From Haemophilus parainfluenzae (GTDB taxonomy: Bacteria; Pseudomonadota; Gammaproteobacteria; Enterobacterales; Pasteurellaceae), in the NCBI GenBank assembly GCA_001914055.1, contig MKXX01000003.1, positions 176,771-240,770 of the forward strand: 64,000 bases of DNA, written 5' to 3'. The first letter of the stretch is position 1; the number at the start of each line of letters is the position of its first letter. The notes under the pieces were generated by a model, which was given only the letters and a program-made list of their open reading frames with translations, made no database searches and was not told where the DNA came from. Positions 21,153 to 30,879 of the stretch are shown here, one piece after another. A program made the position numbers and the translations under genes.

Positions 21153-21710
21153 ATGACAACGGAACAAAAAGAAATCACGGATCCATGTGCAAAATATAAC
21201 GAACAAACCAGTTTTCTAAGCAAAACAATTTTTGCAAGCCGTTGGTTACAAGTGCCTATTTACTTAGGTTTAATTGTCGTGCAAGGCATCTATGCCTACA
21301 AGTTTATGAAAAACTTGTGGTATCTCATCACCAATGTTAATGAAATGGATGCAGACACCATTATGCTCGCCGTGCTCAATCTCATTGATGTAGTGATGAT
21401 TGCGAACTTATTGGTGATGGTGACATTAGGTGGTTATGAGATTTTCGTTTCAAAACTTCGTACGAAAAACCACCCCGATCAACCTGAATGGATGAGCCAT
21501 GTGAATGCGACAGTACTAAAAGTGAAACTTTCTATGTCAATTATCAGTATTTCGTCCATTCACTTATTGCAAACCTTTGTGAATGCCTCAAAAATTTCTG
21601 AAAAAACGATTATGTGGGAAGTGATTATTCATTTTTCTTTCTTGATTTCAGCGATTGCCATGGCTTATACCGACAAAATTCTCTACAGTACAAGCCACAA
21701 AAACCATTAA
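21153..21710 (+). CDS. yqhA: UPF0114/YqhA-family inner membrane protein
   Basis: ORF from 21081; ATG at 21153 (MTTEQKEI); [13 protein letters not shown]...GGYEIFVS...SISSIHLL collinear with E. coli YqhA. Confidence 0.7.
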   Translation: MTTEQKEITDPCAKYNEQTSFLSKTIFASRWLQVPIYLGLIVVQGIYAYKFMKNLWYLITNVNEMDADTIMLAVLNLIDVVMIANLLVMVTLGGYEIFVSKLRTKNHPDQPEWMSHVNATVLKVKLSMSIISISSIHLLQTFVNASKISEKTIMWEVIIHFSFLISAIAMAYTDKILYSTSHKNH

Positions 21711-21737
21711 TACCAAAAGTGCGGTCAAAATTGACCG
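21706..21737. terminator. Bidirectional USS-pair terminator (yqhA / hslR)
   Basis: aagtgcggtcaaaattgaccgcactttt. Confidence 0.65.
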
Positions 21738-21749
21738 CACTTTTATTTT

Positions 21750-22145
21750 CTAGAACTCATCTTGATGTTTAAATTTCAATAAATCTCGACGTTCTTTTTT
21801 ATTTGGACGACGATCAGGATGTGGCATTGAAAGGGCATTATTTTTTCTTGCCCACGCCATTTCTTCCCGTTTTTTCACACTCTGCGCCGTTTCTTGGTAA
21901 AGCAATTGTGCTTCAGGCGCACCACGACGTTGATCGCTCAAAGCAATCACTTCAATTTCTTTTTCATCGCTACCTTGGCGGAGTTTAATCATTGCACCAA
22001 CTTCTACGGTTTTACTCACTTTAGCACGCTGACCGTTGTAATGGACTTTACCCCCTTCAATCATCGCTTTCGCGATGCTACGGGTTTTATAAAAACGTGC
22101 TGCCCAGAGCCATTTATCTAATCGTACCTCGTTATTTTCAGCCAT
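21750..22145 (-). CDS. hslR: Ribosome-associated heat shock protein Hsp15 (S4 domain)
   Basis: Start MAENNEVRLDKWLWAARFYKTRS (S4 RNA-binding) at 22145; basic C-terminal tail; ORF extension to 22247 lacks support. Confidence 0.85.
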   Translation of the reverse strand: MAENNEVRLDKWLWAARFYKTRSIAKAMIEGGKVHYNGQRAKVSKTVEVGAMIKLRQGSDEKEIEVIALSDQRRGAPEAQLLYQETAQSVKKREEMAWARKNNALSMPHPDRRPNKKERRDLLKFKHQDEF

Positions 22146-22209
22146 AACTCTTCCTATTTCTCTCACTTTGCGTATGATGAGCCAATGACAAGATAATAGG
22201 GCTAATATC

Positions 22210-22770
22210 ATGAAAAAACAACTTCCACACATTCTCTCCCTTTCCACCGTGGCAAAATCCCGTTTATTTGAAATTCAAGCTGTCGAACTCAAATTCTCCA
22301 ATGGAATTGACCGCACTTATGAACGTTTCCGCCCTTTCAATCGAGATTCAGTGATGGTGATTGCGATTGATGGTGAAGATTTACTTCTTGTTCGTGAATA
22401 CGCGGTAGGAACAGAACAATATGAGTTAGGCTTTGTAAAAGGTGGAATGGATATGGGAGAAACGCCCGAACAAAGTGCCAATCGAGAATTACAGGAAGAA
22501 ATTGGCTTCGGCGCAAAAAAATGGACATTTTTACGTACCATGAAAATCAATCCACAAATTATGGGGCATAAAATGCACGTTTTATTAGGCGAAGATCTGT
22601 ATCCAAATAAACTAGAAGGCGATGAGCCTGAACCATTAGAAATCGTGCGTTATCCTTTATCGCAACTTGATGCACTTTTGGTCAGTGATGAATTTAATGA
22701 GGCCAGAAATCTTGCTGCACTTTATTCTTTGCGCGATCATTTAAAAAAAACGCCAAAATTAATTGAATAA
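22210..22770 (+). CDS. nudE: ADP compounds hydrolase NudE (Nudix)
   Basis: 186 aa; Nudix box GGMDMGETPEQSANRELQEEIGF; same length as E. coli NudE; E. coli-like hslR-hslO neighbourhood. Confidence 0.8.
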   Translation: MKKQLPHILSLSTVAKSRLFEIQAVELKFSNGIDRTYERFRPFNRDSVMVIAIDGEDLLLVREYAVGTEQYELGFVKGGMDMGETPEQSANRELQEEIGFGAKKWTFLRTMKINPQIMGHKMHVLLGEDLYPNKLEGDEPEPLEIVRYPLSQLDALLVSDEFNEARNLAALYSLRDHLKKTPKLIE

Positions 22771-22879
22771 ATTTAAATAATTTCTAATAGCAAGCGATTA
22801 ACTTTAAAGAAAACTTGCATAAATATTCTTTTTTTGAGAATGTATCGCCATTTTTTGAAAAATATATATAGGAAAATCT

Positions 22880-24880
22880 ATGTCTCATAATAATTTAAAA
22901 GAATTGACCTTCCGGGGGATGTTCCTTGGGGCGTTAATTACAGTGATCTTCACTGCATCTAACGTTTATTTGGGTCTTAAAGTGGGGATGACGTTTGCAT
23001 CCTCCATTCCTGCTGCTGTTATCTCTATGGCAGTTTTAAAATTCTTCAAGGATTCCAGTATCTTAGAAAATAACATGGTGCAAACCCAAGCTTCATCAGC
23101 GGGAACATTGTCTTCTGTTATTTTCGTTCTTCCAGGCCTGTTAATGATGGGTTACTGGCAAGAATTCCCATTCTGGCAAACAGTGCTAATCTGTGCCGCT
23201 GGCGGTACATTAGGCGTGCTATTTACCATTCCATTACGTCGTGCGATGGTCGTAAACAGCGACTTACCTTACCCTGAAGGTGTGGCTGCCGCTGAAATCT
23301 TAAAAGCAGGTAACAATAGCGAAAGCGACAGTGGTGTAAAAGATATTGCTTACGGTGGTATTTTTGCGGCAACTGTTGCATTCTTAACCAACGCATTACG
23401 TGTCATGTCTGATAGCGCAAGCGCATGGTTCTCTAACGGCAAAGCCATTTTCCAATTACCAATGGGCTTCTCTCTTGCCTTAGTGGGTGCCGGTTATTTA
23501 ATTGGTATCGTGGGCGGTCTTGCCATGTTATTCGGTACATTCCTTGCTTGGGGTGTTGCGGTACCTTATTTCACTGCAACAGGCGATATGCCAACGGATG
23601 CCTCTATTGTTAGTTATGCCATGACTGAATGGAAAACGAAAGTTCGCTTTATCGGTGTGGGTACTATCGGTATTGCGGCAATTTGGACATTATTAATCCT
23701 TTTCAAACCAATGATTGAAGGGATGGTTCATTCTTTCCGTATGTTAAAAGGCTCACAAGCTGAATCAGAACATCGTATTGATATCGACTTATCGCCAAAA
23801 ACTATCATTTACATTTTATTGGCGACTGTCGTGCTAATCGTGATTTCTTTATATCACTTCATTGCAGCCGCACCAATTTCTGCTGAGCTTGCCGTGTTGT
23901 TAGTGGTTGTGTGTACGCTACTCGCGGTGTTAATTGGTTTCTTCGTTGCAGCAGCGTCTGGTTATATGGCAGGGCTTGTGGGTTCATCTTCTAGCCCTAT
24001 TTCTGGTATCGGGATCATTTCTGTTATCGTGATTTCACTTGTTTTAGTGACCATTGGTAAAAGCAGTGGTTTATTTGAAACAGCGGACGGTCAAAAATTC
24101 TTAACTGCATTGACCTTATTCACGGCATCTATCGTATTAACTACAGCAACTATTTCAAACGATAACTTACAAGACTTAAAAACCGGTCTTCTAGTTGAAG
24201 CGACCCCTTGGAGACAACAGGTTGCATTGATTATCGGTTGTTTCGTTGGTGCATTAGTAATTGCACCGGTATTAGAAATTTTATACCACGCTTATGGTTT
24301 CACTGGCGCATTACCACGTCCAGATATGGATCCAGCACAAGCGCTTTCAGCGCCACAAGCAACCCTTATGACCACCATTTCACAAGGTATTTTCACCGAC
24401 CATTTAGAATGGACCTACATTTTAACTGGTGTAGGTTTAGGTATTGTATTGATCATTGTGGATGCATTCATGCGTAAAACCAGTGACAGCCGCTTTGCCT
24501 TACCAGTATTAGCGGTTGGGATTGGTATTTACCTTCCACCATCAATCAATATGCCAGTTGTGGTCGGTGCGGTGATGGCATGGCTTATTACACGCAATAT
24601 TAAGAGTTATGCAAAACGCACTAACGATACAGAAGTGGAGAAAAAAGCAGAACGTTTCGGTACGCTTTTCGCGGCAGGCTTAATTGTCGGTGAAAGTTTA
24701 ATGGGCGTGATCTTAGCCTTCATTATCGCGGCATCTGTAACATCTGGCGGATCTGAAGCACCATTAGCCTTAGCGTTAGAAAACTGGGATAATATAGGCG
24801 AATTACTCGGTCTTGCCGTATTTATCTTCGGTGTCTTTATTTTCGTTTCTCGTGTATTGCGTGCGAAGAAATCAAAATAA
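22880..24880 (+). CDS. OPT-family oligopeptide transporter
   Basis: 666 aa; about 16 TM helices; size and topology typical of the bacterial OPT family. Confidence 0.75.
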   Translation: MSHNNLKELTFRGMFLGALITVIFTASNVYLGLKVGMTFASSIPAAVISMAVLKFFKDSSILENNMVQTQASSAGTLSSVIFVLPGLLMMGYWQEFPFWQTVLICAAGGTLGVLFTIPLRRAMVVNSDLPYPEGVAAAEILKAGNNSESDSGVKDIAYGGIFAATVAFLTNALRVMSDSASAWFSNGKAIFQLPMGFSLALVGAGYLIGIVGGLAMLFGTFLAWGVAVPYFTATGDMPTDASIVSYAMTEWKTKVRFIGVGTIGIAAIWTLLILFKPMIEGMVHSFRMLKGSQAESEHRIDIDLSPKTIIYILLATVVLIVISLYHFIAAAPISAELAVLLVVVCTLLAVLIGFFVAAASGYMAGLVGSSSSPISGIGIISVIVISLVLVTIGKSSGLFETADGQKFLTALTLFTASIVLTTATISNDNLQDLKTGLLVEATPWRQQVALIIGCFVGALVIAPVLEILYHAYGFTGALPRPDMDPAQALSAPQATLMTTISQGIFTDHLEWTYILTGVGLGIVLIIVDAFMRKTSDSRFALPVLAVGIGIYLPPSINMPVVVGAVMAWLITRNIKSYAKRTNDTEVEKKAERFGTLFAAGLIVGESLMGVILAFIIAASVTSGGSEAPLALALENWDNIGELLGLAVFIFGVFIFVSRVLRAKKSK

Positions 24881-24886
24881 TGGATG

Positions 24887-24918
24887 AAAATAGGCTGTCC
24901 TCGGATAGCCTATTTTTC
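24887..24918 (+). terminator. Terminator after OPT transporter gene
   Basis: AATAGGCTGTCC-tcg-GATAGCCTATTTTTC. Confidence 0.7.
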
Positions 24919-24930
24919 TAGGAGCTTAAG

Positions 24931-25335
24931 GTGTCAACGCAATCCCCTTATCTAAAAGCAATTATCATCTTCCCATTGGTTACACAGATAATAGGTAGCA
25001 TTATTGCTTATGTCGCTTTCGGAATGGACTACTGCAAAGAAGGTAACTTCGATGCTGCATTATTTGGATTCTTTCTAACATTCTGGCCACTCACTGTGCC
25101 GGCAATAATCAACGCTTACTTTGCTAAATACCGCGGCTATCTACGTCATCAGTGGAATAAAATTCTCATTTTTTCATTCATCATTCTTTTTTGTTATTGG
25201 AGTATCGGCAATCTTCTCATCGCACAAAATACCCAATATCTGACTGACCGTATACTATTCGTCTTAGAGGGTTCTGTTATCCTGGCAATCTATACGACAG
25301 TCTTCCTCTCCTTGTTATTACCGAAATCAAAGTAG
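24931..25335 (+). CDS. Hypothetical 4-TM membrane protein
   Basis: 134 aa from GTG start; four hydrophobic segments; no recognisable motif. Confidence 0.4.
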   Translation: MSTQSPYLKAIIIFPLVTQIIGSIIAYVAFGMDYCKEGNFDAALFGFFLTFWPLTVPAIINAYFAKYRGYLRHQWNKILIFSFIILFCYWSIGNLLIAQNTQYLTDRILFVLEGSVILAIYTTVFLSLLLPKSK

Positions 25336-25344
25336 GAAATAAAC

Positions 25345-26151
25345 ATGCAATTATCTCAATCTCTTCTCGATCAAGCCCGCATGCTCGCTAATAAAGCGGG
25401 AAAACATTTAGCTCGTTTTTACCAACAGGACGTGACAATACAAACCAAATCGGATAACACCCCTGTCACGGAAGCAGATTTATTTGTCAGCCAATTTTTA
25501 ATTGAAAAACTGACCGCACTTTTCCCTGACATTCCTGTTCTTTCAGAGGAAAACTGCAATATTCCCTTTGAACAACGCCAAACTTGGCAAACTTATTGGT
25601 TGATCGATCCCCTTGATGGTACGCAGCAATTTATTGATCGCACGGATCAATTTTCGGTATTAATTACACTCGTGCAAAACCACCAACCTGTACTGGGTGT
25701 GATTCACTTCCCTATTTTGAATATCACCTATTATGCCATGAAAGGTTTTGGGGCATTCAAACAAAGTAACAAAGAGATAACTCGCTTACGGCCAAGAAAA
25801 ATTGATCTTACCAAACCATTAAAAATCGCCGTAGGCGCCACCACCTCACAAGAGAAAGTGCGGTCAATTTTAGCGAAGAATTTGGCATGTGAATTTACGG
25901 TTGTTGGTTCGAGCAGTCTAAAAAGTGGTTTAGTCGCAGAAGGAACCGTTGATTGCTATGTTCGCCTCGGTAAAACCGGTGAATGGGATACGGCAGGCGC
26001 TGAGATTTTATTAACTGAAATCAATGGAATGATTTTCGATCCGCACTATCAGCCGCTCACCTATAATCAGCGTGAAAGTTTAATTAATCCACCCTTTGTG
26101 ATGGTGGCAGATAATACACAAAATTGGGCATCTGTCTTTCAATTTAATTGA
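25345..26151 (+). CDS. cysQ: 3'(2'),5'-bisphosphate nucleotidase CysQ
   Basis: 268 aa; inositol monophosphatase-family motifs WLIDPLDGT and WDTAAG. Confidence 0.85.
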   Translation: MQLSQSLLDQARMLANKAGKHLARFYQQDVTIQTKSDNTPVTEADLFVSQFLIEKLTALFPDIPVLSEENCNIPFEQRQTWQTYWLIDPLDGTQQFIDRTDQFSVLITLVQNHQPVLGVIHFPILNITYYAMKGFGAFKQSNKEITRLRPRKIDLTKPLKIAVGATTSQEKVRSILAKNLACEFTVVGSSSLKSGLVAEGTVDCYVRLGKTGEWDTAGAEILLTEINGMIFDPHYQPLTYNQRESLINPPFVMVADNTQNWASVFQFN

Positions 26152-26223
26152 TTGGTTCGATTGGTAAAGTGCAGTAATATATTGCATTATTTAAAGATAC
26201 TACTCGGAACAATAAGGAATAAT

Positions 26224-27705
26224 ATGCAAACTAATAATAACTGTATCGTGATTTTTGGTGCTTCCGGTGATTTGACTCACCGTAAACTCATTCCAGCACT
26301 TTATAATCTCTTCAAATTTGGTCGTTTAAACAAATTCTCTGTATTAGGTGTCGCGCGTTCAGAATTAAACGATGAGACTTTCCGTGAAAAAATGCGTGAA
26401 GCCTTACTGGAAACAGAAGAAACCACTCCAGAAACGCTAGACGCTTTTTGTAGTCATCTCTATTACCAAGCGGTAAACACATCTGATGCTGCGGATTACG
26501 GTAAATTAGTCCCTCGTTTAGAAGAATTACATACTAAATATCAAACGAATGGCAACACCCTTTACTATATGTCCACGCCACCAAGCTTATATGGTGTGAT
26601 TCCAGAATGTCTCGCTGCTCATGGTTTAAACACAGAAGAAGAAGGTTGGAAACGTATTATTGTCGAAAAACCTTTTGGTTACGATGAAAAAACAGCACAA
26701 GAACTTGACGTTCAAATTCATCGTTTCTTTGAAGAACATCAAATCTATCGTATCGACCATTATCTAGGTAAAGAAACCGTACAAAACCTACTTGTTTTAC
26801 GCTTCTCAAATGGCTTATTCGAACCACTTTGGAACCGTAATTACATTGATTATGTCGAAATTACGGGTGCCGAAGCCATTGGTGTAGAAGAACGTGGTGG
26901 CTATTATGATGGCTCTGGCGCAATGCGTGATATGTTCCAAAACCACTTATTACAAGTTTTAGCCATGGTTGCCATGGAACCACCCGCAATCATCAATGCG
27001 AACTCAATGCGTGATGAAGTGGCCAAAGTCATGCATTCTTTACGTCCATTAACGCAAGATGACGTTGAACACAACTTAGTGCTTGGCCAATACACTGCCG
27101 CGGAAATTGATGGCAAAGAAGTCAAAGGCTATTTACAAGAAAAAGGTGTGCCGGCTAACTCTCGCACTGAAACCTTCATGGCGTTACGTTGCGAAATCGA
27201 AAACTGGCGTTGGGCGGGTGTACCTTTCTATGTGCGTACAGGTAAACGCTTACCAGCACGTGTGACTGAAATTGTGATTCATTTCAAAACTACGCCACAT
27301 CCAGTATTCAGTCAAAATGCGCCTGAGAATAAATTGATCATCCGTATTCAACCTGATGAAGCCATTTCAATGCGCTTCGGTTTGAAAAAACCAGGTGCAG
27401 GCTTCGAAGCGAAAGAAGTCTCAATGGATTTCCGTTATGCCGATTTAGCCGATGAGCAAGTGCTAACAGCTTATGAACGCTTATTGCTTGATGCGATGAA
27501 AGGCGATGCAACACTCTTTGCGCGTACTGACGCGGTACACGCTGCATGGAAATTCGTTCAACCGATTTTAGACTACAAAGAAGCGGGCGGCCGAGTTTAT
27601 GAATATGAAGCCGGCACCTGGGGACCAGTTGCAGCCGAAAAACTCATTGCGAAAAGTGGTCGCGTATGGCGTAAACCAAGCGGTAAAATGAAGAAAAAGG
27701 TTTAG
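26224..27705 (+). CDS. zwf: Glucose-6-phosphate 1-dehydrogenase
   Basis: ORF from 26152; ATG at 26224 ([22 protein letters not shown], the G6PD NADP-binding start); RIDHYLGKE active-site motif. Confidence 0.95.
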   Translation: MQTNNNCIVIFGASGDLTHRKLIPALYNLFKFGRLNKFSVLGVARSELNDETFREKMREALLETEETTPETLDAFCSHLYYQAVNTSDAADYGKLVPRLEELHTKYQTNGNTLYYMSTPPSLYGVIPECLAAHGLNTEEEGWKRIIVEKPFGYDEKTAQELDVQIHRFFEEHQIYRIDHYLGKETVQNLLVLRFSNGLFEPLWNRNYIDYVEITGAEAIGVEERGGYYDGSGAMRDMFQNHLLQVLAMVAMEPPAIINANSMRDEVAKVMHSLRPLTQDDVEHNLVLGQYTAAEIDGKEVKGYLQEKGVPANSRTETFMALRCEIENWRWAGVPFYVRTGKRLPARVTEIVIHFKTTPHPVFSQNAPENKLIIRIQPDEAISMRFGLKKPGAGFEAKEVSMDFRYADLADEQVLTAYERLLLDAMKGDATLFARTDAVHAAWKFVQPILDYKEAGGRVYEYEAGTWGPVAAEKLIAKSGRVWRKPSGKMKKKV

Positions 27706-27770
27706 TCGTCAATATCTCGCCTTCTTCAATGAATAGAAGAAGGCTTATCACCGAATAGAGAGAAACAAAC

Positions 27771-28469
27771 ATGAACACCATCACCTTCCCAACGGCTCAG
27801 CATGCTGTTGAAAAGATCGCCCAAGAATTTGTGATTTATAGCCAATTAAATCACCCTGTGCATATTTCTCTTTCTGGCGGTTCAACGCCTAAGCTGTTAT
27901 TCAAAACTTTAGCCAAAGCGCCTTATACCGAACAAATCAACTGGAGAAATCTGCATTTTTGGTGGGGTGATGATCGCATGGTTCCGCCAACAGATTCAGA
28001 AAGCAACTACGGTGAAGTGCAAAAACGCTTATTTGATCATATTCAAATTCCCGCAGAAAATATCCACCGAATTCGTGGCGAAAATGAACCGCACTTTGAG
28101 TTAAAACGTTTCGAAGAAGAATTAAGTGCGGTCATTCCAAACGGTGTTTTTGATTGGATCATTTTAGGTATGGGGACTGACGGTCATACCGCTTCTCTCT
28201 TCCCACATCAAACTAATTTTGATGATGAAAACCTAGCTGTCATTGCCAAACACCCTGAAAGTGGTCAAATTCGCATTTCTAAAACAGCCAAACTCATTGA
28301 ACAAGCCAAACGCATTACCTATTTGGTCACCGGCGAAAGCAAAGCGGATATTTTAAAAGAAATCCAAACGACTCCTGCAGAGAATCTGCCTTATCCCGCA
28401 GCAAAAATTAAAGCAAAAAATGGAGTGACGGAATGGTATTTGGATAAAGCGGCGGCGAAATTGCTATAA
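27771..28469 (+). CDS. pgl: 6-phosphogluconolactonase (DevB type)
   Basis: 232 aa; LSGGSTP motif; zwf-pgl linkage. Confidence 0.9.
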   Translation: MNTITFPTAQHAVEKIAQEFVIYSQLNHPVHISLSGGSTPKLLFKTLAKAPYTEQINWRNLHFWWGDDRMVPPTDSESNYGEVQKRLFDHIQIPAENIHRIRGENEPHFELKRFEEELSAVIPNGVFDWIILGMGTDGHTASLFPHQTNFDDENLAVIAKHPESGQIRISKTAKLIEQAKRITYLVTGESKADILKEIQTTPAENLPYPAAKIKAKNGVTEWYLDKAAAKLL

Positions 28470-28502
28470 CAAGTTGAGTATCAAATATCATAGGGTTGCA
28501 AA

Positions 28503-28895
28503 ATGATAGACTACAAAGTGAATGAACCAGTTTCAGTTAAACAATTTATTGAATTACTAAATAAAACAACGCTCGGGGCACGCCGTCCGTTAGAGGATGA
28601 AAAACGTGTCGCAGCGATGCTGCATCATGCGGATTTGTTAGTCACCGCTTGGGATGGTGAACAATTAGTAGGTGTGGCACGTTCCGTGACGGATTTTGCC
28701 TATTGCTGTTATTTATCTGATTTAGCGGTTGATGAACAATATCAAAAACAAGGTATCGGCTTGCAGTTAATTGAACACACCAAACAGGCGTTACATCCAC
28801 AAGCCAAAATCGTGCTTTTATCAGCTCCACAAGCAGTGGATTATTATCCGCATATTGGATTTACTCAACATATGAGTGCGTGGACGAAGAGTTAA
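28503..28895 (+). CDS. GNAT-family N-acetyltransferase
   Basis: 130 aa; acetyl-CoA-binding motif A region VDEQYQKQGIGLQLIEH. Confidence 0.75.
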   Translation: MIDYKVNEPVSVKQFIELLNKTTLGARRPLEDEKRVAAMLHHADLLVTAWDGEQLVGVARSVTDFAYCCYLSDLAVDEQYQKQGIGLQLIEHTKQALHPQAKIVLLSAPQAVDYYPHIGFTQHMSAWTKS

Positions 28896-28921
28896 TTTAT
28901 TAGAATGATATGGAGACAAAA

Positions 28922-29338
28922 ATGAAAAAACTGTTTGTACTACTGACTTCAACCTTTTTATTTGCTTGTTCATCTGGTCCATCTTTAGATCAGTTAGCGG
29001 CACAAATGCCAAAAGATAATCGCTCAGTAATGCTTCAAGTTCCAGAAGCAGGAAACCCAGTTTCAAATGGAATGCTTGTAGCAACGATTAGAACCGCAGG
29101 TGGTACTTCAGGAAAACGACTCGTATCTCTTTTAGCTACAGATAATTTACACATCGGAATTGCAGGGAACAGTCAATCTGTGAATAAAGCAGTTGCTATG
29201 TATGGACTAAATAATGCAGAAAAGGTCGGTAAGAATGTATCTTTATACCTTGTTGGAGATAGTCAAAGTGATAAAGTAGATCTAGAAAAAGCCGCAAAAG
29301 CGAAAAATGTAGAAATGCATTACATTATGCAAAAATAA
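28922..29338 (+). CDS. Hypothetical lipoprotein
   Basis: MKKLFVLLTSTFLFAC lipobox (ORF from 28910); about 138 aa; no known motif. Confidence 0.55.
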   Translation: MKKLFVLLTSTFLFACSSGPSLDQLAAQMPKDNRSVMLQVPEAGNPVSNGMLVATIRTAGGTSGKRLVSLLATDNLHIGIAGNSQSVNKAVAMYGLNNAEKVGKNVSLYLVGDSQSDKVDLEKAAKAKNVEMHYIMQK

Positions 29339-29354
29339 GATATAGATACATCAG

Positions 29355-29702
29355 ATGCGGAGTGACTTAATGTTGAATTTAGATAATAAAAAATTTGTTG
29401 CTGTTGAAAACACCGCAAATGGTGAGGTCAGTAGCCAAACAGAATTTCATTACCATCAACAGGGCAACATGATTTGGGCAGAATATGGTGGCGGTGAAAT
29501 TTTAAAAGGCTTTTTAATTGGAAAATGGATTGACGATACTCAAATTGAATTTACGTATCAACATTTAAATCAATCTCTAGAAAATCGTCTGGGTCGTTGT
29601 TGTACAACATTTTCTTTAGAAGAAAGTAAACTCGTCGGTCATGAAAAATGGCAGTGGCTAGACACGTTAGAGCAAGGCAATTCTTTAATTAGAGAAATTT
29701 AA
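29355..29702 (+). CDS. Hypothetical small cytoplasmic protein (beta-rich)
   Basis: 115 aa (or 110 from MLNLDNKK); no signal peptide; no recognisable motif. Confidence 0.45.
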   Translation: MRSDLMLNLDNKKFVAVENTANGEVSSQTEFHYHQQGNMIWAEYGGGEILKGFLIGKWIDDTQIEFTYQHLNQSLENRLGRCCTTFSLEESKLVGHEKWQWLDTLEQGNSLIREI

Positions 29703-29717
29703 AGGAAGTTTTGCTAT

Positions 29718-29879
29718 AGAATATCAGAAACAGGGTGTCATCTTACAGTTGATTGAACACACTAAACAAATCTTACATCCACAAGCCAAAATCTTGCTTT
29801 TATCTGCTCCGCAAGCTGTAGATTATTATCCGCATATTGTTTTTTTACGCGGCATATGAGTACGCAGGCGAAGAGTTAA
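29718..29879 (+). pseudogene. Relic 3' fragment of a paralogous GNAT acetyltransferase gene (frameshifted)
   Basis: About 160 nt with roughly 85% identity to 28734-28895 (last ~54 codons of the upstream GNAT gene); no 5' part; 1-nt deletion shifts frame before the shared ...AKSstop ending. Confidence 0.7.
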
Positions 29880-29934
29880 GATGACCAAACGTGGAGTTAT
29901 GGATAGTATTTTCCATACTATTTTAAATTAAATA

Positions 29935-30804
29935 ATGAAAAAATATCGTTTAACAAATAATACTATTGTTTATGAAGGAAGAACACTTTATCAAATAGAA
30001 GCGCTAATAACAATTTACCTCTATGATGACGAAGAAGATAACTATTGGGATCCCCCGATTGTTGAAGAAGGCTCTCTCGGAGGATATATTGAAAGTGAAA
30101 ATAATTTATCACATATAGGCAAAGCTTGGATAAAAGATAACGCAAAGGTTCTTGGAAATAGTAAAGTTCTAGATAATGCGATGGTTTCTGAAAATGCTAT
30201 AGTTCGTGATAATGCAATGCTCATCCATAACGCAACAGCCTCTGGAAATGCTATAGTTTGTGAAGATTCATCTGTTGAAAATAACTCTTCGGTATACGGA
30301 GATGCTATGATTTTAGGTACATCTACAATTTGTGGAAACTCATACATCTTAGATAAAAGTAAAATTTGTGATTCTTCAATTGAAAATTCAATTATCTTTG
30401 ATGATGCAATTATAGAAAACTCAAGTATTGTTAATGGACATATAGGTAAACATGCTCACATTCGATCATATAAAGATGTAATTTCTATATCCTACTCTGG
30501 TTTTTTAAAACTAAATCTAACCGCATATAAAACTGAAGATAATGTTTATATAGCAACAGAAAGTTACCCTAACCATGTTCGTATTTTAGAAAGCAAAAAC
30601 TTCCTTAAGTTTTTATATGACTATGGAAAAAGAATATTAGATAAGAAATTCGAAGTTAAAAACCAAAATATTGCATGTATACTTGATAATATTAACTCAA
30701 CACTGAAAGCAACCTCTAATATTGAAGGTAAAATAATCTTTGATTTTTTAATGACTGTCTTTTTATCTTTTCAAGAGCTTTTAGAGGATAAAATATATCA
30801 ATAA
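29935..30804 (+). CDS. Hexapeptide-repeat (left-handed beta-helix) protein, YdcK-like; low-GC accessory gene
   Basis: 289 aa; about 18 consecutive [LIV]-x-x-x-[SA]-x hexads (VLGNSK VLDNAM VSENAI VRDNAM LIHNAT ...); MKKYRL N-terminus reminiscent of the E. coli YdcK family; about 30% GC against ~40% background. Confidence 0.6.
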   Translation: MKKYRLTNNTIVYEGRTLYQIEALITIYLYDDEEDNYWDPPIVEEGSLGGYIESENNLSHIGKAWIKDNAKVLGNSKVLDNAMVSENAIVRDNAMLIHNATASGNAIVCEDSSVENNSSVYGDAMILGTSTICGNSYILDKSKICDSSIENSIIFDDAIIENSSIVNGHIGKHAHIRSYKDVISISYSGFLKLNLTAYKTEDNVYIATESYPNHVRILESKNFLKFLYDYGKRILDKKFEVKNQNIACILDNINSTLKATSNIEGKIIFDFLMTVFLSFQELLEDKIYQ

Positions 30805-30879
30805 ATATAGGGTGAAATTTAGTTATACCAACATATTCAATCGGTACAAAGACTTGTACCCTACAAACAGGAGAAAACA

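Noticed and set aside
26152-26223. Upstream in-frame extensions of zwf; similarly hslR to 22247, pnuC to 35989, truD to 14446, rpsJ to 53371, ftsY to 56732 and hldD to 7362
   Set aside because: The conserved N-termini begin at internal ATGs with better RBS spacing. The extensions are unconserved sequence without stops.
27719-27745. Hairpin GCCTTCTTC-aatgaata-GAAGAAGGC after zwf as a terminator
   Set aside because: Good stem, but no U-run follows on the + strand. It may be an mRNA-stabilising stem or a weak terminator within a zwf-pgl operon, so it is not listed as a confident terminator.
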